DNA of 64,000 bases from Acanthaster planci. Its lineage: Eukaryota. The notes beneath the pieces were generated by a model. It was not told the origin of the DNA, did not search any database, and saw only the letters and a program-made list of their open reading frames with translations. Of the stretch, positions 1 through 13,672 are shown piece after piece. A program made the position numbers and the translations under genes. The stretch's first letter is position 1. Every line of letters starts with the position of its first letter. The DNA is taken from positions 1,492,546 through 1,556,545 of the forward strand of contig NW_019091355.1 of the NCBI RefSeq assembly GCF_001949145.1, in the 5' to 3' direction.

Positions 1-3000
1 TTATAGAATAGAGAAATTTTGTAAACAAATTCGTATCAAATATTGTAAATAGTATAGATTGGGTGTTGTTACAATCATTTTTCTGGCCTGCATCCAGTCC
101 TTCTGTTGCAGTGTCTGTAAAGTGACCACACTGTGACACTCAGGAATTCTTTTCAAACATCTTGGGGGGATGTGTTAAATGACAATAGGCTGGGGTGTGT
201 ATTGGCAATTGGACTTGTGGGGGGGTACCCCTCTGTCCCATTTCATGCCTGGTATATACTGTGTCCTTCCTCTATGATTTACACAAGTCGCCTAGTCCTA
301 AACGCCCTTGGCTGGTTCCCTGTCCAGTCACACACTGCTTGCGGCAAATCATTGGTATCACGGCACGCACTGTACATGTACGTGACATGACACGAAAATG
401 ACGGAACAGCCGTCAGTTTTGCAAGTGGGGCAACATTCGTTTGGAGTGGGAAAACAGCAACAAAAAGGCAACATTTTTTCCTCCAAACGAGGAAAAGGCG
501 AGTTTTCTGCAGTTAGCATCCCAGAGGATAGTTTACCCCGTAAGTAGTGAACACACCGCTGCAATTTCAGCTCATAAAATCAAGCGGATGTTTAGTTATG
601 CCCGTGGATATCCCGGATAAAGTTTTTAAGAAATCCCTATGAAAGCAGGAATTGAGACAGGGACCAGTATAGAGCTTTTTTCACCCACGTGACTAAATGT
701 AAAAAATACCACCACGTGTGGACCGCCTTGGCCACGGTGATCGCATGTATACCTATGGGCAGCTTCAACCACGTGCAAGCACACATGTGGACGCTGCATG
801 CTTGACTTGTTTATCTTGAATAGGCCTAGGTAGATTACCATGACAATACTAAGCACTTACACCATCACAACACATCACAGGTCCAGCACAATCTTTACAT
901 CACTGGAAAAAGGTCTACATGACTAGAGTGTACAAGTACGTCGGGCCCTGTTTACAGGTCTACCTTTGGATAGGCATACTATATCCATAATCATGTAGGC
1001 CTACTTAGGCCCGCATCATACGAGACAAAAATGTTTTGAGTTCACTTCACACACTTGCTACTGAGTGCTGTCACTGTACCAGCCTGTACCATGGAGGAAG
1101 GTTTTACTGATTTCCAAAGCCTTTGCAATCACGTCGATACTGTATGTGGGTCTGTTGGCCTGATTTCCATTTTTATATTTTTGAAGTGCAAAATGAACAC
1201 TTTGAAAATGTACCCACAGTGAAGAGAGCAACTATAGGGCCTACTAACGTTACGCCTAATTTTCTGAAAATAAGTTTGTACATGTATGTATATTTAGGGG
1301 TCAATTTTGAATTACGCGATATTACAGTGAACTTCGTATATGGAATTCTTCCCATTTGTTCAAGTGTGCCAGAAATAGGGAACAGTCAGCTGAATTTTTG
1401 CCAATTCTGGATGGTGTTGGTTTTGAATTTCGGGTTTTTAAATTTCATGACACCAAAATTGTTCCCAGAGGTGATCAGTAGCATGTATTTTAAAGGTTAT
1501 AATATCATTATTTACTGTAACTGAATGAATTCAAAGTTTTTCAGCGAAGAGGTTTAGCAGTGATGCATGAGGAAAGTCAAAGAAACGTCGAAGAGTGGCA
1601 CAATTAAGAGACTCAACTTCATTTGGGCCAGGCTAGTGGACTATACCTCCATATAAGTGGCCGTACTCCTAAACTAGAAACAAGTGGAGGAAGGCTTAAA
1701 CAATGGGATAAAGCTCCCCGGCTGTGAACAGTATCAGCCACATACAGGTATTTCTCAGTTGCCTTTTTGATTAATTCCCCCAGCAACCTATCATGTTCAA
1801 TTTGCCCGAATGGCGAATTCAGACCATCTTGCCTGTTGGTGAATTATTTATCATCTTGATACCATACTTTTGTTACGACTGTGATTTGCTCAAGATCTTC
1901 ACTGGCAGTGAACATGTACAACTCCAGACACCAGCAGATGTGATGATCTCTGAGATATTAAGGTGCATCTATCATGTGTTTCAATGAATCAATTTGTAAC
2001 ATAAGCTCCCCTTAGGCTTTCATGCCTGTAAAAGTATGTAGTATGCCAGTGCAGTCATTGCAAAAGTTTAGGACCACTCGTACAAAGTGCATCAACCTGA
2101 AGAAAAACCAAACTTAAACCAATCAATCATGGCAACTTATGTTTATTTTGGCAGTGTGTAACCTTTATATCTTGGTTAAACAGCTATTTGACTACAAGTC
2201 CATAATTTGAAATGTTAACAGTCTGTTCAGTGAGCCCTCCTTTTTTCTGATTACTCAGACTTTTGTGATTACTCTTTTCTACCCATGCTGCCTTACAGAC
2301 AAAATATCATACAAGCCACGCCTTTGCCCAAAATTTCATTCCAGTGGGTATACAGATAGCACTACTACAGTGATGTTATGCACCATTCAATGAGACAATG
2401 TAATGCAGGCCCAGTGACAGAAATAACAGTAAAATTCCTGGTGGTCTTACACTTTTGCAAATAGCTGGAGTTTAGAGTTCCCCTTCTTTGCATCTAATTT
2501 GGCCACATACATGGAGTGTGGCCATGATACTCAGTGAGGTGGATCAGCAGAGACAAGTCAACTTACATGTCATGTATTGTTCCACATAACTGGAGTGTGG
2601 TTTTCTGCTTGAGTCCTGTCTGCTAGAGTCAGTGATTGAAGTCTGAGTGTACGTGTATGAACATGCACTTATAGTTCTGTTTTGCACACTGTGCTAGTGA
2701 ATGCTAAAAAAGCTGGGTTTTTTGGACCCTGTAACTTGTCACAGCTGGAACCTAACTTGAAAAAGTATGGTTCTGTGTTAATTTCTGTTGTTTTAGAGAA
2801 CTAATTTAAAAACTAAAGAGACTGCACCGTGCTGGATGTTACACATGTTGTAGACATGATGACAAATATTTTTTGGCTGAGACCATAACGGACGGTAAAC
2901 CTGTTTTGTGTTATAATTTCCCCCAAAATTTACTGATGAAAGTCACAGTTTTAATCTTTTAACAGTTTCTTTGCAGCACCTTAAAAATAACAACATGAAT

Positions 3001-3848
3001 ATGAATATTTGTCTTGTAAAAAGAAAATTTTCCAATATAAATGGGTGATTAGTTAAATCATTTTATGATTTTTTTAATTTCACAGATCAGGCCTGTTGTC
3101 ATAATATCTGCTCTTGGAACATTGTCGGTGAAGGTCCAAGCAAGACTGTCAGATTGTGGAATCAAAAAGGGCCAGCAGTCTTCAACCTTAAGAAGAGGAG
3201 TTTTAAAACATGGAGACAACTGCATGTGCCACTTTGTAACTACCGACCTTGACCCTAACCCAACCAGCTGCAGCCGAAGTCTGATACACTGTTTTGATGC
3301 ACTAGGCAATCAACAGCAGCCAAACTAACTGGTCATACATGTTGAGACAATGGGAACTGGTCTCAATTAACAATGCCACTGTTGGATCTTGTGGTGGCTG
3401 GCAACCACTGACTCCCAGGCTGTTTGGCCTTAGGGAGAGGTGACCTTTAGGATCTTGTTAGTTACACTGGGCAACCAAATCATTACTTTGACAAATGATG
3501 CAGATTGATGTGTCTGGCAGGGTTTCTAGCCAAACAACCCTGAACAGCCATGCAGGGTTATATATTGTGCTTCTTTTCATTACGAAAATGGCTTTTGAAT
3601 TTTCAGTGAGTTGAATTTTTAGTGACATGTACATGATATAAAACTGAACACTTGGAAGTGTAAATATAGAAAGGTTTGCAAATATATGTTTGACCTGAAA
3701 TACATGCAAGGTCTATTGTCTGTTTTAACATATTGAAATTTATGTTTTTGTTATTTAAATACAGGCAAATGTGCTGTGCCCTCTGACCTTTTTTGAAATT
3801 GCGCAATCCGAACCTTTAAATATAAGTTCCGAATTCTCATATATCAAG

Positions 3849-3921
3849 AGGCAATTGGCCTGGTGGTTAGCTAGCTGGCTGCCAGGCCAGGGGATCCCGG
3901 TTCGAATCCCGGGGTTCCCGG
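3849..3921 (+). repeat. tRNA-derived (SINE-head-like) sequence
   Basis: A-box-like TGGCCTGGTGGTTAG and B-box GGTTCGAATCCC, followed by a 26-nt T run; no convincing acceptor stem. Confidence 0.55.
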
Positions 3922-3982
3922 AAAAGGAAGTTTTTTTTTTTTTTTTTTTTTTTTTTACTAAGTTTTTTAACAAAATTGTGCA

Positions 3983-4050
3983 TGCCCACCTGGAATTGAA
4001 CCCAGGTCCTTGTGCATAGCAGTTAGTGTTCTTAACCACTATGCCACGGC
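3983..4050 (-). repeat. tRNA-derived (SINE-head-like) sequence, opposite orientation
   Basis: Reverse complement GCCGTGGCATAGTGGTTAAG...CCTGGGTTCAATTCCAGGTGGGCA has A and B boxes and a T-arm hairpin. Confidence 0.55.
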
Positions 4051-5034
4051 ACTTTCTTGAAAAAATGTGTTCGTTTCTAAATGTTAAACCTTCCATTGTT
4101 TGGACTTAGAATATTTTTCAGCCAAACTGTGTACTGGAGATGGGCAAGGGTGGAAGTCCATGGGGCTGGAAGTCTGAGAGCTGATAGGATGGGTAGAGTG
4201 GATGGCTGAGGGCTTGGGACTGTCAGTATTAGAGCTCTGAGGATCCCATGGGGTTGAAGGACATAGCTTCTTAAGGTTCCATATTGCTATTGGGTTTATT
4301 GTAGCCCTTATAAGATTGAGACTAAAAGGCCCCAAGAGGGAACTTTATATAAGGAGCTAGGAAGATGTTTAAGACTGGCAGGGCTTCCATGTAGGATGAG
4401 GCTGTAATGTAAAATCTAAAGATGGAAACAGGTGTATCTTAAACTCTGGCAGTGGAAAATGGTCCAGATTAGGATAAGGGTTAAGTGGCAAAGTACTACA
4501 GTTTTACAAATCGATGTACATGTACCAACAAGTTGTTCTGCTAGTTTAAATAAATAGGCATTTATTTCACTTGCAAATAGAAATTAACTGGTTATAGCAA
4601 TATATGGTGATTGTTTCACATACACACAAAGCATTTTTGCAAGGTAATATTTTCAAATGAAACAAATTTTATGTCAGTGCTAAAAGGTCCTTAGAATGCA
4701 CTGAAAGGTGTTTAGTGAAAGTTATTGTTTTAGACATTAATTTGGGAAACAGAATTGGTTAAAATTTAACCATGTTGGCTGCAAAAAAATAGTTTTATGA
4801 CTAAAAAATAAAAACTATTTAAATCAAATATTTCTTTCATGCAGTGAGGCCCTTAGAGTGTTTTCAAAAATTACATTTTTTTGCAGTAATGACCTTTCAG
4901 CACTGAGCCAACAATTTGCAACTTGAAGATTGGTGATAATTTTAAGTGAAAGACTTTTTCTAATGCTTTGGCAATATGGGTGTGCAACTTGGAAAATACA
5001 AAATACACATAGAATTTTGTCCAAGGAAAAGCTT

Positions 5035-5170
5035 ATAAAGATGAACAAGGAAATTAAATGGGGCAGAATTTAAACCTGCAACCTCTGAAATACCGTACCA
5101 GTGCTATGAGCTATTCAGCCCTATGTCAGTGGTTCTTCCCATTTGTCAAATCTCTGTTTGGGGGCGAACT
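5035..5170 (-). mobile_element. Degenerate tRNA-derived SINE fragment
   Basis: Reverse complement contains AGGGCTGAATAGCTCA...CAGAGGTTGCAGGTTTAAATTCTGCCC (decayed A and B boxes). Boundaries are approximate. Confidence 0.45.
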
Positions 5171-6051
5171 TGTTAAAAGTGAGATTCAGAACAGGCACTG
5201 GGTTGATTGACCAGTGCTGGTATTTTGTCTGCCTGAATGGGAACACTGTTCAATTTCTAAAAGCATGCAACAGTTACAAGCTTTTAGTTCTCAAAAGAAG
5301 TAGTATCAAAGTGTCTACAGTTTTCCAAATGGTAATTATTTGCAAATTTTAAAGTACATGTGTAGCATCTTGATAACTGAACTGTAAACACGAATGTTTT
5401 TAAATATGAGTCAATGTGTTACATTGAAAAGAAACAAATCAAAGGCGAACAATAGTCCTTCAAAAGCAAACTGACCAATTGTGTATTCAATTGACAGAGT
5501 ACCCTCTTAATTAAGTCATGAATAATTTGGATGTAAGTACAGTACAACGTCACTATATTGAACAATTCGGTATACCGAACATGCCTCGTTTCCAAATTTT
5601 CTGCCCACTTTTACTGAACGTCACAAATTTGCTTTTATAGAAAAAAATTTAGGACTGATGACAGTGACTCAAAAGTTAAGATGTCAATAAACTCCGAAAT
5701 TGAAATGGCCATGTTATGAGCCAATAACAAGCAGCCGCACAAGAGAATCTAGGTTTTACATGAACAAGAACACACAGTTATATGTTTAACAACTGACATT
5801 TCAACAGAGGAAATAGCACCCTCTTTTTTCTGCAAATGGCCCTTCTCTGTTTTGGCAAATAGCGCCCTCTTTTGCCAGGACTTTCACCCCTTTTTTATGG
5901 AAATCGGAACATTTCGATTTTTAGGCCTATGAAAATGCGACGCTTGAAACAGTACCAATGAAATCGCAATAGTTGGGGAGATGCTACATTAAGCATTGTG
6001 TATGGACCCGACCCTGTTCATTATAGCAGCATTGTACTGCATACAAATATA

Positions 6052-7195
6052 CACTACTCAAAAAAATTAAAGGATCAGACATTTGAAAATTTCAGCCAGG
6101 TGTGTACCTCATTGCTGACTTCACTTATTCTACACTGAAGCTCATGTTCATGGTTGGTTGAGCACCATGGCATGTGAGACAAAGCAATTGGTTAGTCGTG
6201 TTTCAATTAACTAGAAGGGTAAAAAAGCATTTGGTGATGTGTATTGCTCAGGTATTGCACAACTTCAAAATGGCCACCTTTCACTCTCTTTGCACAAAAA
6301 TTAAGGATGGGATGACTCTGAGGCAAGGCGGTGAGAGACTGGGAGTGTCTTAGAGAGTTAGAAAGGGGTTACAATGACATGAATGAGACTGGCCAGTGCT
6401 ATACAACCCTATAGTGGCAAAATGATGTACACTAACATGGCTCACCTTAGGACATATTGGACCTCTTACCATTTTGTGTTTAAGTTTAGGAAAACTGTGG
6501 AAAAGTTTTTTTAATGTCCTGACAACCACGAATTCGAATTTTTTTTATCAATCGTCATTTTACAGATATAATAACATGTGATTTGGGGGAAGATTTGCAA
6601 ACAGATACATGTTAGACATTGCATTATTTTACTGAATAAAAGGGTTAACAGAGTAATTTTTTGATGCTGAGAAACATCTTCAAGGTGCTTCATTTCTGTG
6701 ATTCAGAATCACAAAGAGTGCCCTCGCATTAAAGCAATATCATTCTAACTCATAAACAGCGCCCTCACATTACCGCAATATCATTCGAACTCATAAACAG
6801 CGCCCTCACATTACCGCGATATCATTCTAATTCATAAACAGCGCCCTCACATTACCGCGATATCATTCTGACTCATAAACAGCGCCCTCACATTACCGCG
6901 ATATCATTCTAATTCATAAACAGCGCCCTCACATTACCGCGATATCATTCTGACTCATAAACAGCGCCCTCACATTACTTGGTTTAATCCCAATATTTTA
7001 TAAATCATTTTCAGGGCCGTAAAGGACCTAGACAAGGTGCTGACCAAAGTTTTTTTCAGTGTCACGAGACTTCAGTACTCTGTAGCAGAAGTTTCTTGTT
7101 TTGTTGCTAGGAAATAGCCAATTTTTTTACGATGAGAATACCATTTGTATAAATAATTAATCACTATGCATGATCCTTTGATCCTTTGAGTAGTG
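6052..7195 (+). mobile_element. Internally deleted Tc1/mariner-type DNA transposon
   Basis: TA-flanked imperfect TIRs CACTACTCAAAAAAATTAAAGGATCA ... TGATCCTTTGATCCTTTGAGTAGTG. A decayed HTH-like transposase start (IKDGMTLRQGGERLGVS*...NETGQ...HSGK) lies near 6300-6420. Confidence 0.7.
6720..6978. repeat. 41-bp minisatellite, ~6.3 copies
   Basis: Unit GCCCTCACATTACCGCGATATCATTCTAACTCATAAACAGC starts at 6720, 6761, 6802, 6843, 6884, 6925 and 6966. Confidence 0.95.
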
Positions 7196-10100
7196 TACAA
7201 ATGCAGATAGACTTGCTCCATCACTAAAGTAGAAGCAAGGAACTGCATCTCTGAAAAGATTGAGTCCTTTCCTTGCCTTTTAGTGAATCAGTGCCTAAGA
7301 TTCTGATGAGGATTCCCCATGCAATGTTTGAAACTGTTCCTCCTCGGTGATGGAGGCGAGGACTGGCATCGATCTGAGTTACTTCCTCTCCTTGACATTT
7401 TAATGAATCATCTCTTTGAAGTCCCATAGGATCTTGTCCTCCATCTTCTCTCCAGGTTGAAGGAGGTGAGGGCGCTCTTCTCATCAGCATCATGGTCTGC
7501 TTTTCCTGGATCATACCCACAGCTTTCATATGAGGTGGTCTGGGGAAGAAATTAACCACAAAAGGAAATAAGTTGAAGCAGAAATAGAAACATTTCTTCA
7601 AAAATTATAGGATCTTTGTATGCTCCTTATTCTTACACCTTTTATTTCATAAAAAACTGTTAGTGTCTATTGCTTTTAATCCATTTTCATGTCAGAAAAT
7701 GAACTATGACAAGAGAATTCCTTTGACACTGCTGACCTATTACTTCTGAAAGCATTTGTGACTTGTACTCTTTGTTAAAAATATTATTCCAGACACCCGT
7801 TTAGGTTTTAGTGAATCAAAACGTGACATTTTTAAACACTTAAAATTATCTTTCACTTTTCCTAACAAGTAGAGGGCGTTTCCTTACAGTAATACTGTAA
7901 TGTCAATCCCGGAAGACCACAAGCCTAAAATATCTACATGTATGGACCAACAGCTCCTACAGAAATCAACGATTGATCCCAAAAGTGTGGGCAGAAATAT
8001 TTCAACTGTGTGCACAAGTCTGTAGAGTTGGATACAAATCAGAAATTTGGGATGATGACTGTTATAAAGTGTTTGCAACAATTAATCTTGTTTTGTGTTT
8101 TAGTAGATCCTTCTTTAAATAAGAGCTCTTAACACTTAAACTTTTGTCCATATTCATTTCTCACCTTCTAAAAGCCTAAACGAACCCTCATAATGTATGT
8201 GATTTTAATGTTTAAACTTCATTTTTGAAATGTTTTGGAAACACAGTTCTCAGTGCTCAATCAGATGAAACTTGAGAAAAAAATTTGCTTTTTAAAATAT
8301 TCACTAAACAACAGGATGTAAGGAATTTATCTGAATTTCACATAATGTGCACCTTGGCTCCTACTAATGGCTTGTAATAATATCGCAATATTATGAGTAA
8401 GAAAAATCGAACTGTGCCAGGTTGGAACTTTAATACAAAGACCAATGGGCCAAATAATGTTTGATGGACAATTATGACTTTTCCTCAGACCAATTTTCCA
8501 TGAGTTTTCCATGACTTTCCGGGACAACTTTTTCCCAGGATTTTCAATGACTGTGGGAACCCTGTACAAGGACAAATGGGTTCAAAGTACTGTACAGTCT
8601 ATCATTTGCAGTTATCCAACAGGTATCCAAATTGTTGTTGGAAAGCATACTTGGTTTAAATTGAGGACTAAATTCTGTGAGAAACTTTTCTTTCTGGCAA
8701 ACAGTCATCAGAAACAATGATTTCAAGCAGGCACCTTTTCAAATTTTGGGGAAGTCACTATTAGAAATGCGCACAAGCGTTGACACGATACACAGACACT
8801 AGCAGTTTCTAGAATTCATCAGTTCAGGGGGGTGACAAGGTGTAGCTGCATTCAACTGAATATGAGAATGTTTCCCAGGTGCTGAATTCAGGCACAATTT
8901 AAAACAGGACTCGGCAACTTTTGATATGAAATCTGAAGTCCTGGAATAGTTTTCTCAGAATATGGAGCATCATTATTAAGCTGAAACTTCATCCTCATCA
9001 GGTTCGTTTTTGTGCCTTCTTAACATTTTGAGTAATTTTGTTGCTTCAAGGGAAAATAATCCACAAAAGGCAAATGGTGGACTGTACCCTTAAACAAATT
9101 GTTGCGACAACCAAAATCATGACTAGTTTTGTTGTAAAACAAGAGATTGCTTACTCTTCCGGGGCAGTGATGCCAGAAGATGAGCTTAGAGGCAGGGGAC
9201 CAACCACGCGGCTATCACCTTTAACACCTGGTAAAATTATAGTAACAAAAAGGGAGCAGTTATGTCTGTATGCATTGTAATAAATGTACTTTTGCTTGAG
9301 CATGTCTCTAGCAGAGTTGTGGGTTTTAAGGTGATGTCCAAAAGGTGTGGCTGAGGCTGGATGATTAAGGCCACAAGTGAGTGGCTTCAGTCATTTGCCA
9401 CGGACTTGTGTAATTCTCTCAGCCTAAGCCGGCTGATTTGGAAAAGGTCCATCTTCAGCCAGCTGACACCTGTACAAACAACAGGCGGTACCCAGTGATT
9501 GCTTTCTCAACTTGACAAATAGTGAAAATTATGGCTGTGTGAGTGGAAATTTCTTGATGAACCTCTGAATTTTACCCTAAAGAGCTGGGAGAGGGGAGAG
9601 GGAATCTACCCCCTTTAACATATTTTCCAGTATTATCAAGGTGCATTTTTTCCAGAAGCCTTCTGGAGTTTTTTTAAATAACTCTTTGTGGTCATTCTGG
9701 TACCATTGTAAAATATCCAACGTACCACGCTCACACAGCCCCTTTTTTACGACTGACAAGGGACAGCTTTTCTACCTGCTGCTTTCTCCATCCACTGTTC
9801 TTGCTCCTCATCACTGTCAGAGTGGCTGTCACTTGGGGCCTCACTGGAACTTGAGTCTCTTTTGAGCCCGCTTCTTGAGAAGAACAAAAAGGAGATAAAA
9901 TACGGATGTCATCGCTGACTCTAGGTGTTAACTTCAGCAGTGACAACAGAGTGGACTTCATCATAAAAAAATCGAAAAAAAAATAACAAAAAATGTGAGC
10001 ATTATAGAATTGTTCATTTTGTTTTGGATATCTAGGGCCTTTTTACACACCTTTATTTATCTAATCATCCAACAGTGCATTTAGCGCCAATTACAGGATG

Positions 10101-13100
10101 ATAATGAGTGAAGAGGACAATGAAGAGATGTTCAGTTTTAGAGGCGGGAGGAAAAGCTCAGAAAAGTGTACATCACCATACATCATGGAATTCTTTCTGA
10201 AATGAACATGTATGTATTGCTAGGAAAATTGTGCCCTAGGGTCCCACCCAGATCTTATACATGCACATAACCCTAACTGAAGAGACCGAAAGTGCCGTTT
10301 AATCTGGGCTAGGTGACAGGCCCAGGCTGACAATAAGAACATGATTGATGGACAAAAGGTATTTGCCATGATTAGGAGGTTTAACCTAGAACTGTGGGGT
10401 ATGCCTACAGGATGTTCTGAAGTCACTAATCTGTGTGACTTTCGGCCATGTTTGTTTATACAGGGTTGCAATGCTATCTCTTTTGTTAATCCAGCCTTTG
10501 AGGTACATGTATACCTATCATGACCAGTGACACAAATTCAACTTTTTAAATCAAATTTCCACATGAGAGCAACCTTAACGTGCATGTGCCTACATGTACA
10601 GCTCTTGAAAACTGTGTAAATAATGCCAGTTTTTAGACTTTTAAGACCAATTTTATTTTAAAAAATTGGAGGGTTTACTCAGGTATCTCCTGATTTCTTC
10701 CCAACAATCACATTGCACTGAACAATCTGTGTACATCACATGCTCAGCTCACATGTGTGAGCCAATGGACCAGTGTGTCCATGGTTTGTCCATTTATCCA
10801 GGAGGGGGTGGAATCTTGTTATTATCGCATGAGTGGCCACTGAGCTGTGTGGCTGGAGTGATACCATCAGCCCAAGTGCTTTGCTAGCTGTGACAGGTTA
10901 AACACAGCCACCTCCAAAAATAGTCAAAATGACATGCGGAACTAGCTCGGCTATACTTGCCCTTGGCTGTCTCTGCATGTGCACTGTGTGGTGCGCACAA
11001 AATGTATGGCATGGTCATTGGTCATGATCATTGGGAAGAAAACGGAAGAATGATGAGGACACCCTCCGTGATATTTGGTGTAAAAACCTCGTTTAGCCTG
11101 GCTATCTCAAGCTTAACGGTTGCTCTCATTCTCAAGGGAAAATTTGATTGAAAAAATTGGAATTTGTGTCACTTATCTACATTTTCCCCCAGAACTGAAG
11201 GGTCTGACGTCCGCCCTGCTCATGGACATCGGACCCAGCACGGATACATGACAGACTTAATGACTGCTGGCAGTCTGCTCTAACATGTCACACTACAGTA
11301 CAAACTTCAACCCATTAAAACTGTAACCTTCTAAGTCAATCATGAAAACTTTCAAAATTCCATGAACAGAATGTATTTGCATGATTCCGTGCAAATCCTT
11401 TTGTATTTGAACAAGTATAACCTACCTTTACAAACATAGCAAGGAGCGCTCCAAACCTTGTCATGTCCTGTTTTCCCGTTTTGTGTATGCCGCGGCACCA
11501 CAGACATTTAAACTCATAGACCACCAGTCTTCTGTGGTAAAATAAAGTTAAACATCAGGGAGGGGGGCTTGGATCAAGTCCTGGTAGCCAAGTTCTCATT
11601 GTTCAAGTCTGCGTCCAGAGGGTCTTTGTCTGAGTTCAAGTCTGAGTCTTTGAAAATCCACTGATCTCCACAGCAACTGACAATTTAACACAGAAGTTAC
11701 TAATATATATCAGGAATCAGGTTTTCATTGACATTTGTGTCAGGGTTAATAGGCGAACATACAGTACGATTGTATCTTTGTAAATTAGTGTTAGAATTCT
11801 GGAAATACTGAGATTTTGCCTTCTCATCCGTGGTAATTATTGATGCATCCAAGTGCCCGGCCTTCCCAAATTACAAGGCCAGGCATCTCATGCACATGTC
11901 AGTAGGCCCACATGTACATGTACAGACATGACAGAGTTGAAACGCCTGCGAGTTGACTTGGGATCGAGTTGACCTGAGATGGAGTTGATTCCAGACCAAG
12001 TTGGCGACTTCACACTGACATGACTGATGAGTATACAGTGTGTATTCATTGCCATGTTTCACTGGACTAGGCCTACATCATCCAAATCTTAACAAAGCAA
12101 TTCGTAAGAGTCCAAGTTGCTCAGACTATTATAGAATAATCCACATCGTCCTGATGCAGTCGCGACAATTGTTAAAAATTCAAATATCAGTGCACAGCAT
12201 GCCAAAGTGAAGTTGGGCTTGTTGGGCTCATGGGATGGCCCAGTCAGCCAGTATGTACGTACGGGGGATCTAGGGCTCTGGGAGAACATCAGACCCAATT
12301 AACGACTTAAGAGATATTAGTTTGCAAGATGTGTGGGCATATACATGTAGGCCTACTAAAGGTACTCATGTCATTTTCACAGAAATGGGCCATGCACATG
12401 TACTGCACTGTATAGGCAGTCTGGTGTTGATCCTAATCTCAACATGGTCTTTTCCTTTCTCCAAGTCTCATATCACTCTCAACTGAAGATAGGCCTATGA
12501 ATTTTATTCCTGTAAAGTGTGGAATAATAAAAGCAAAATCCATTGTACTTACTCCATCAATGTCATCATGTAGGTACTAGGTGTGCCATCAGCGATTCTT
12601 CAGACTAATTTCTTGATATACACGAAGTCGCGAAAATGAATGGATTAAAGCAACTAACGCACTACCGTCAATCAACGTGCACGTGTGCCATCGGCGCGGT
12701 GTACCGGCACCGCCCTCACACGTTGTTTGCAGTGTGTGTGTACGTGTCCGTTCTGTAAATGGGTTTTCGATGCGACGTGAGTTTTGCGTAGTGACGTCAT
12801 CTGTGGCCGTTTTCCAATACTCAACTTCGTCTCCGTCGGAGGCTACGTGTAGAAATCCAACCCTCGATAGTGGGCCTGAAGCGTTTAAATTGAAGTACTG
12901 TAATGTTTGGCTCTTTTGCATCTTAATTGATGTTTCGTAGCACTATCAGACTTACTATTGCGCTTATAGCCTCAAAGTCAAGAAGTAAAAACAGTTGAAG
13001 CATCAGACGGAGCCCAAGTCGAGTATTGGAAAACGGCCTATATCTGTATCTTGCCGTGCAAACGCCTGATGTGGCTATCCCGCTTTCATGACAGTTGGCA

Positions 13101-13330
13101 CTATGCAAGGAGTCGGCTTGCGAACTAATTTCTGAGATATGTACATGTAAGCAGGTCATCCAGCTCAATTTTCATCCATAAATCTTTGAAGTTTTTCAGT
13201 GAAGGGGCAGTAATAACTCGGAGTAACTCGGGCAATGAGTTCCAAATGGGTAGTGTTTTAGGGTATAGTGACTTTTGGTAATGTAACGTCATGCAGGGAG
13301 TGCGGCCTGGCTTCTTAAATGCTTATCCGT

Positions 13331-13544
13331 ATCCGGTTCGTAAGTTAAAAGCTTAAAGGCGGACATGCCACGATTCGCAGGCTCCCATTGGACGATCGCA
13401 TAAGTTGCACTTTAACTTCCGGTTCCATGGTTCCACGTTAACGGCCGGCGATCAATGTACAGTACATGTACTGTATGTAACGTGCAGTGCTTGTACAGTG
13501 GGCGTGGTTTAAACTGAAGTGACGTCACACTTGCGAACAGGTAT
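13331..13544. mobile_element. MITE family 1 copy
   Basis: Ends are ATCCGGTTCGTAAGT ... ACTTGCGAACAGGTAT. The body aligns by eye with 56463-56665 (GCCACGATT.GCAGGCTCCCATTGGACGA, TTAACTTCCGGTT, CAGTGGGCG.GGTTTAAACTGAAGTGA). Confidence 0.75.
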
Positions 13545-13672
13545 TCAGTGGTATCGCGACGCCATCATAATTTTTGTGTATAAAAGCACTTTCAGCTTAA
13601 CCTATGGTTTGTGCAGATAATTTATGCTTTGGTAGAGGGTAAGAGGGATTATTTTTGTATATCAACAAACGA

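Noticed and set aside
1545..3330. Exon-like plus-strand segments (1545-1748, 3086-3330)
   Set aside because: Interrupted by stops or unrecognisable, so no gene model can be built; possibly decayed repeat sequence.
3849..4050. Functional tRNA genes
   Set aside because: A and B boxes are present but I cannot fold complete acceptor and anticodon stems; treated as tRNA-derived repeats.
6720..6978. Regularly spaced repeats resembling a CRISPR array
   Set aside because: The units are contiguous with no unique spacers, there are no cas genes, and the context is eukaryotic; this is a minisatellite.
7224..7601. 125 aa ORF with a strong acceptor near 7539
   Set aside because: No recognisable homology and no partner coding exons; at most a non-coding or decayed exon.
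8330..8565. hAT-like terminus CAGGGTTCCCACAGTCATTGAAAATCCTGGGAAAA (minus)
   Set aside because: Only one end is visible, with no matching TIR or TSD, so the element cannot be delimited.
1..13300. Missing CLCA-A exons 13-15 on the minus strand
   Set aside because: I looked for DGVYSRYF, WTAPG and RAFDD-coding sequence and found none by eye or in the ORF track.
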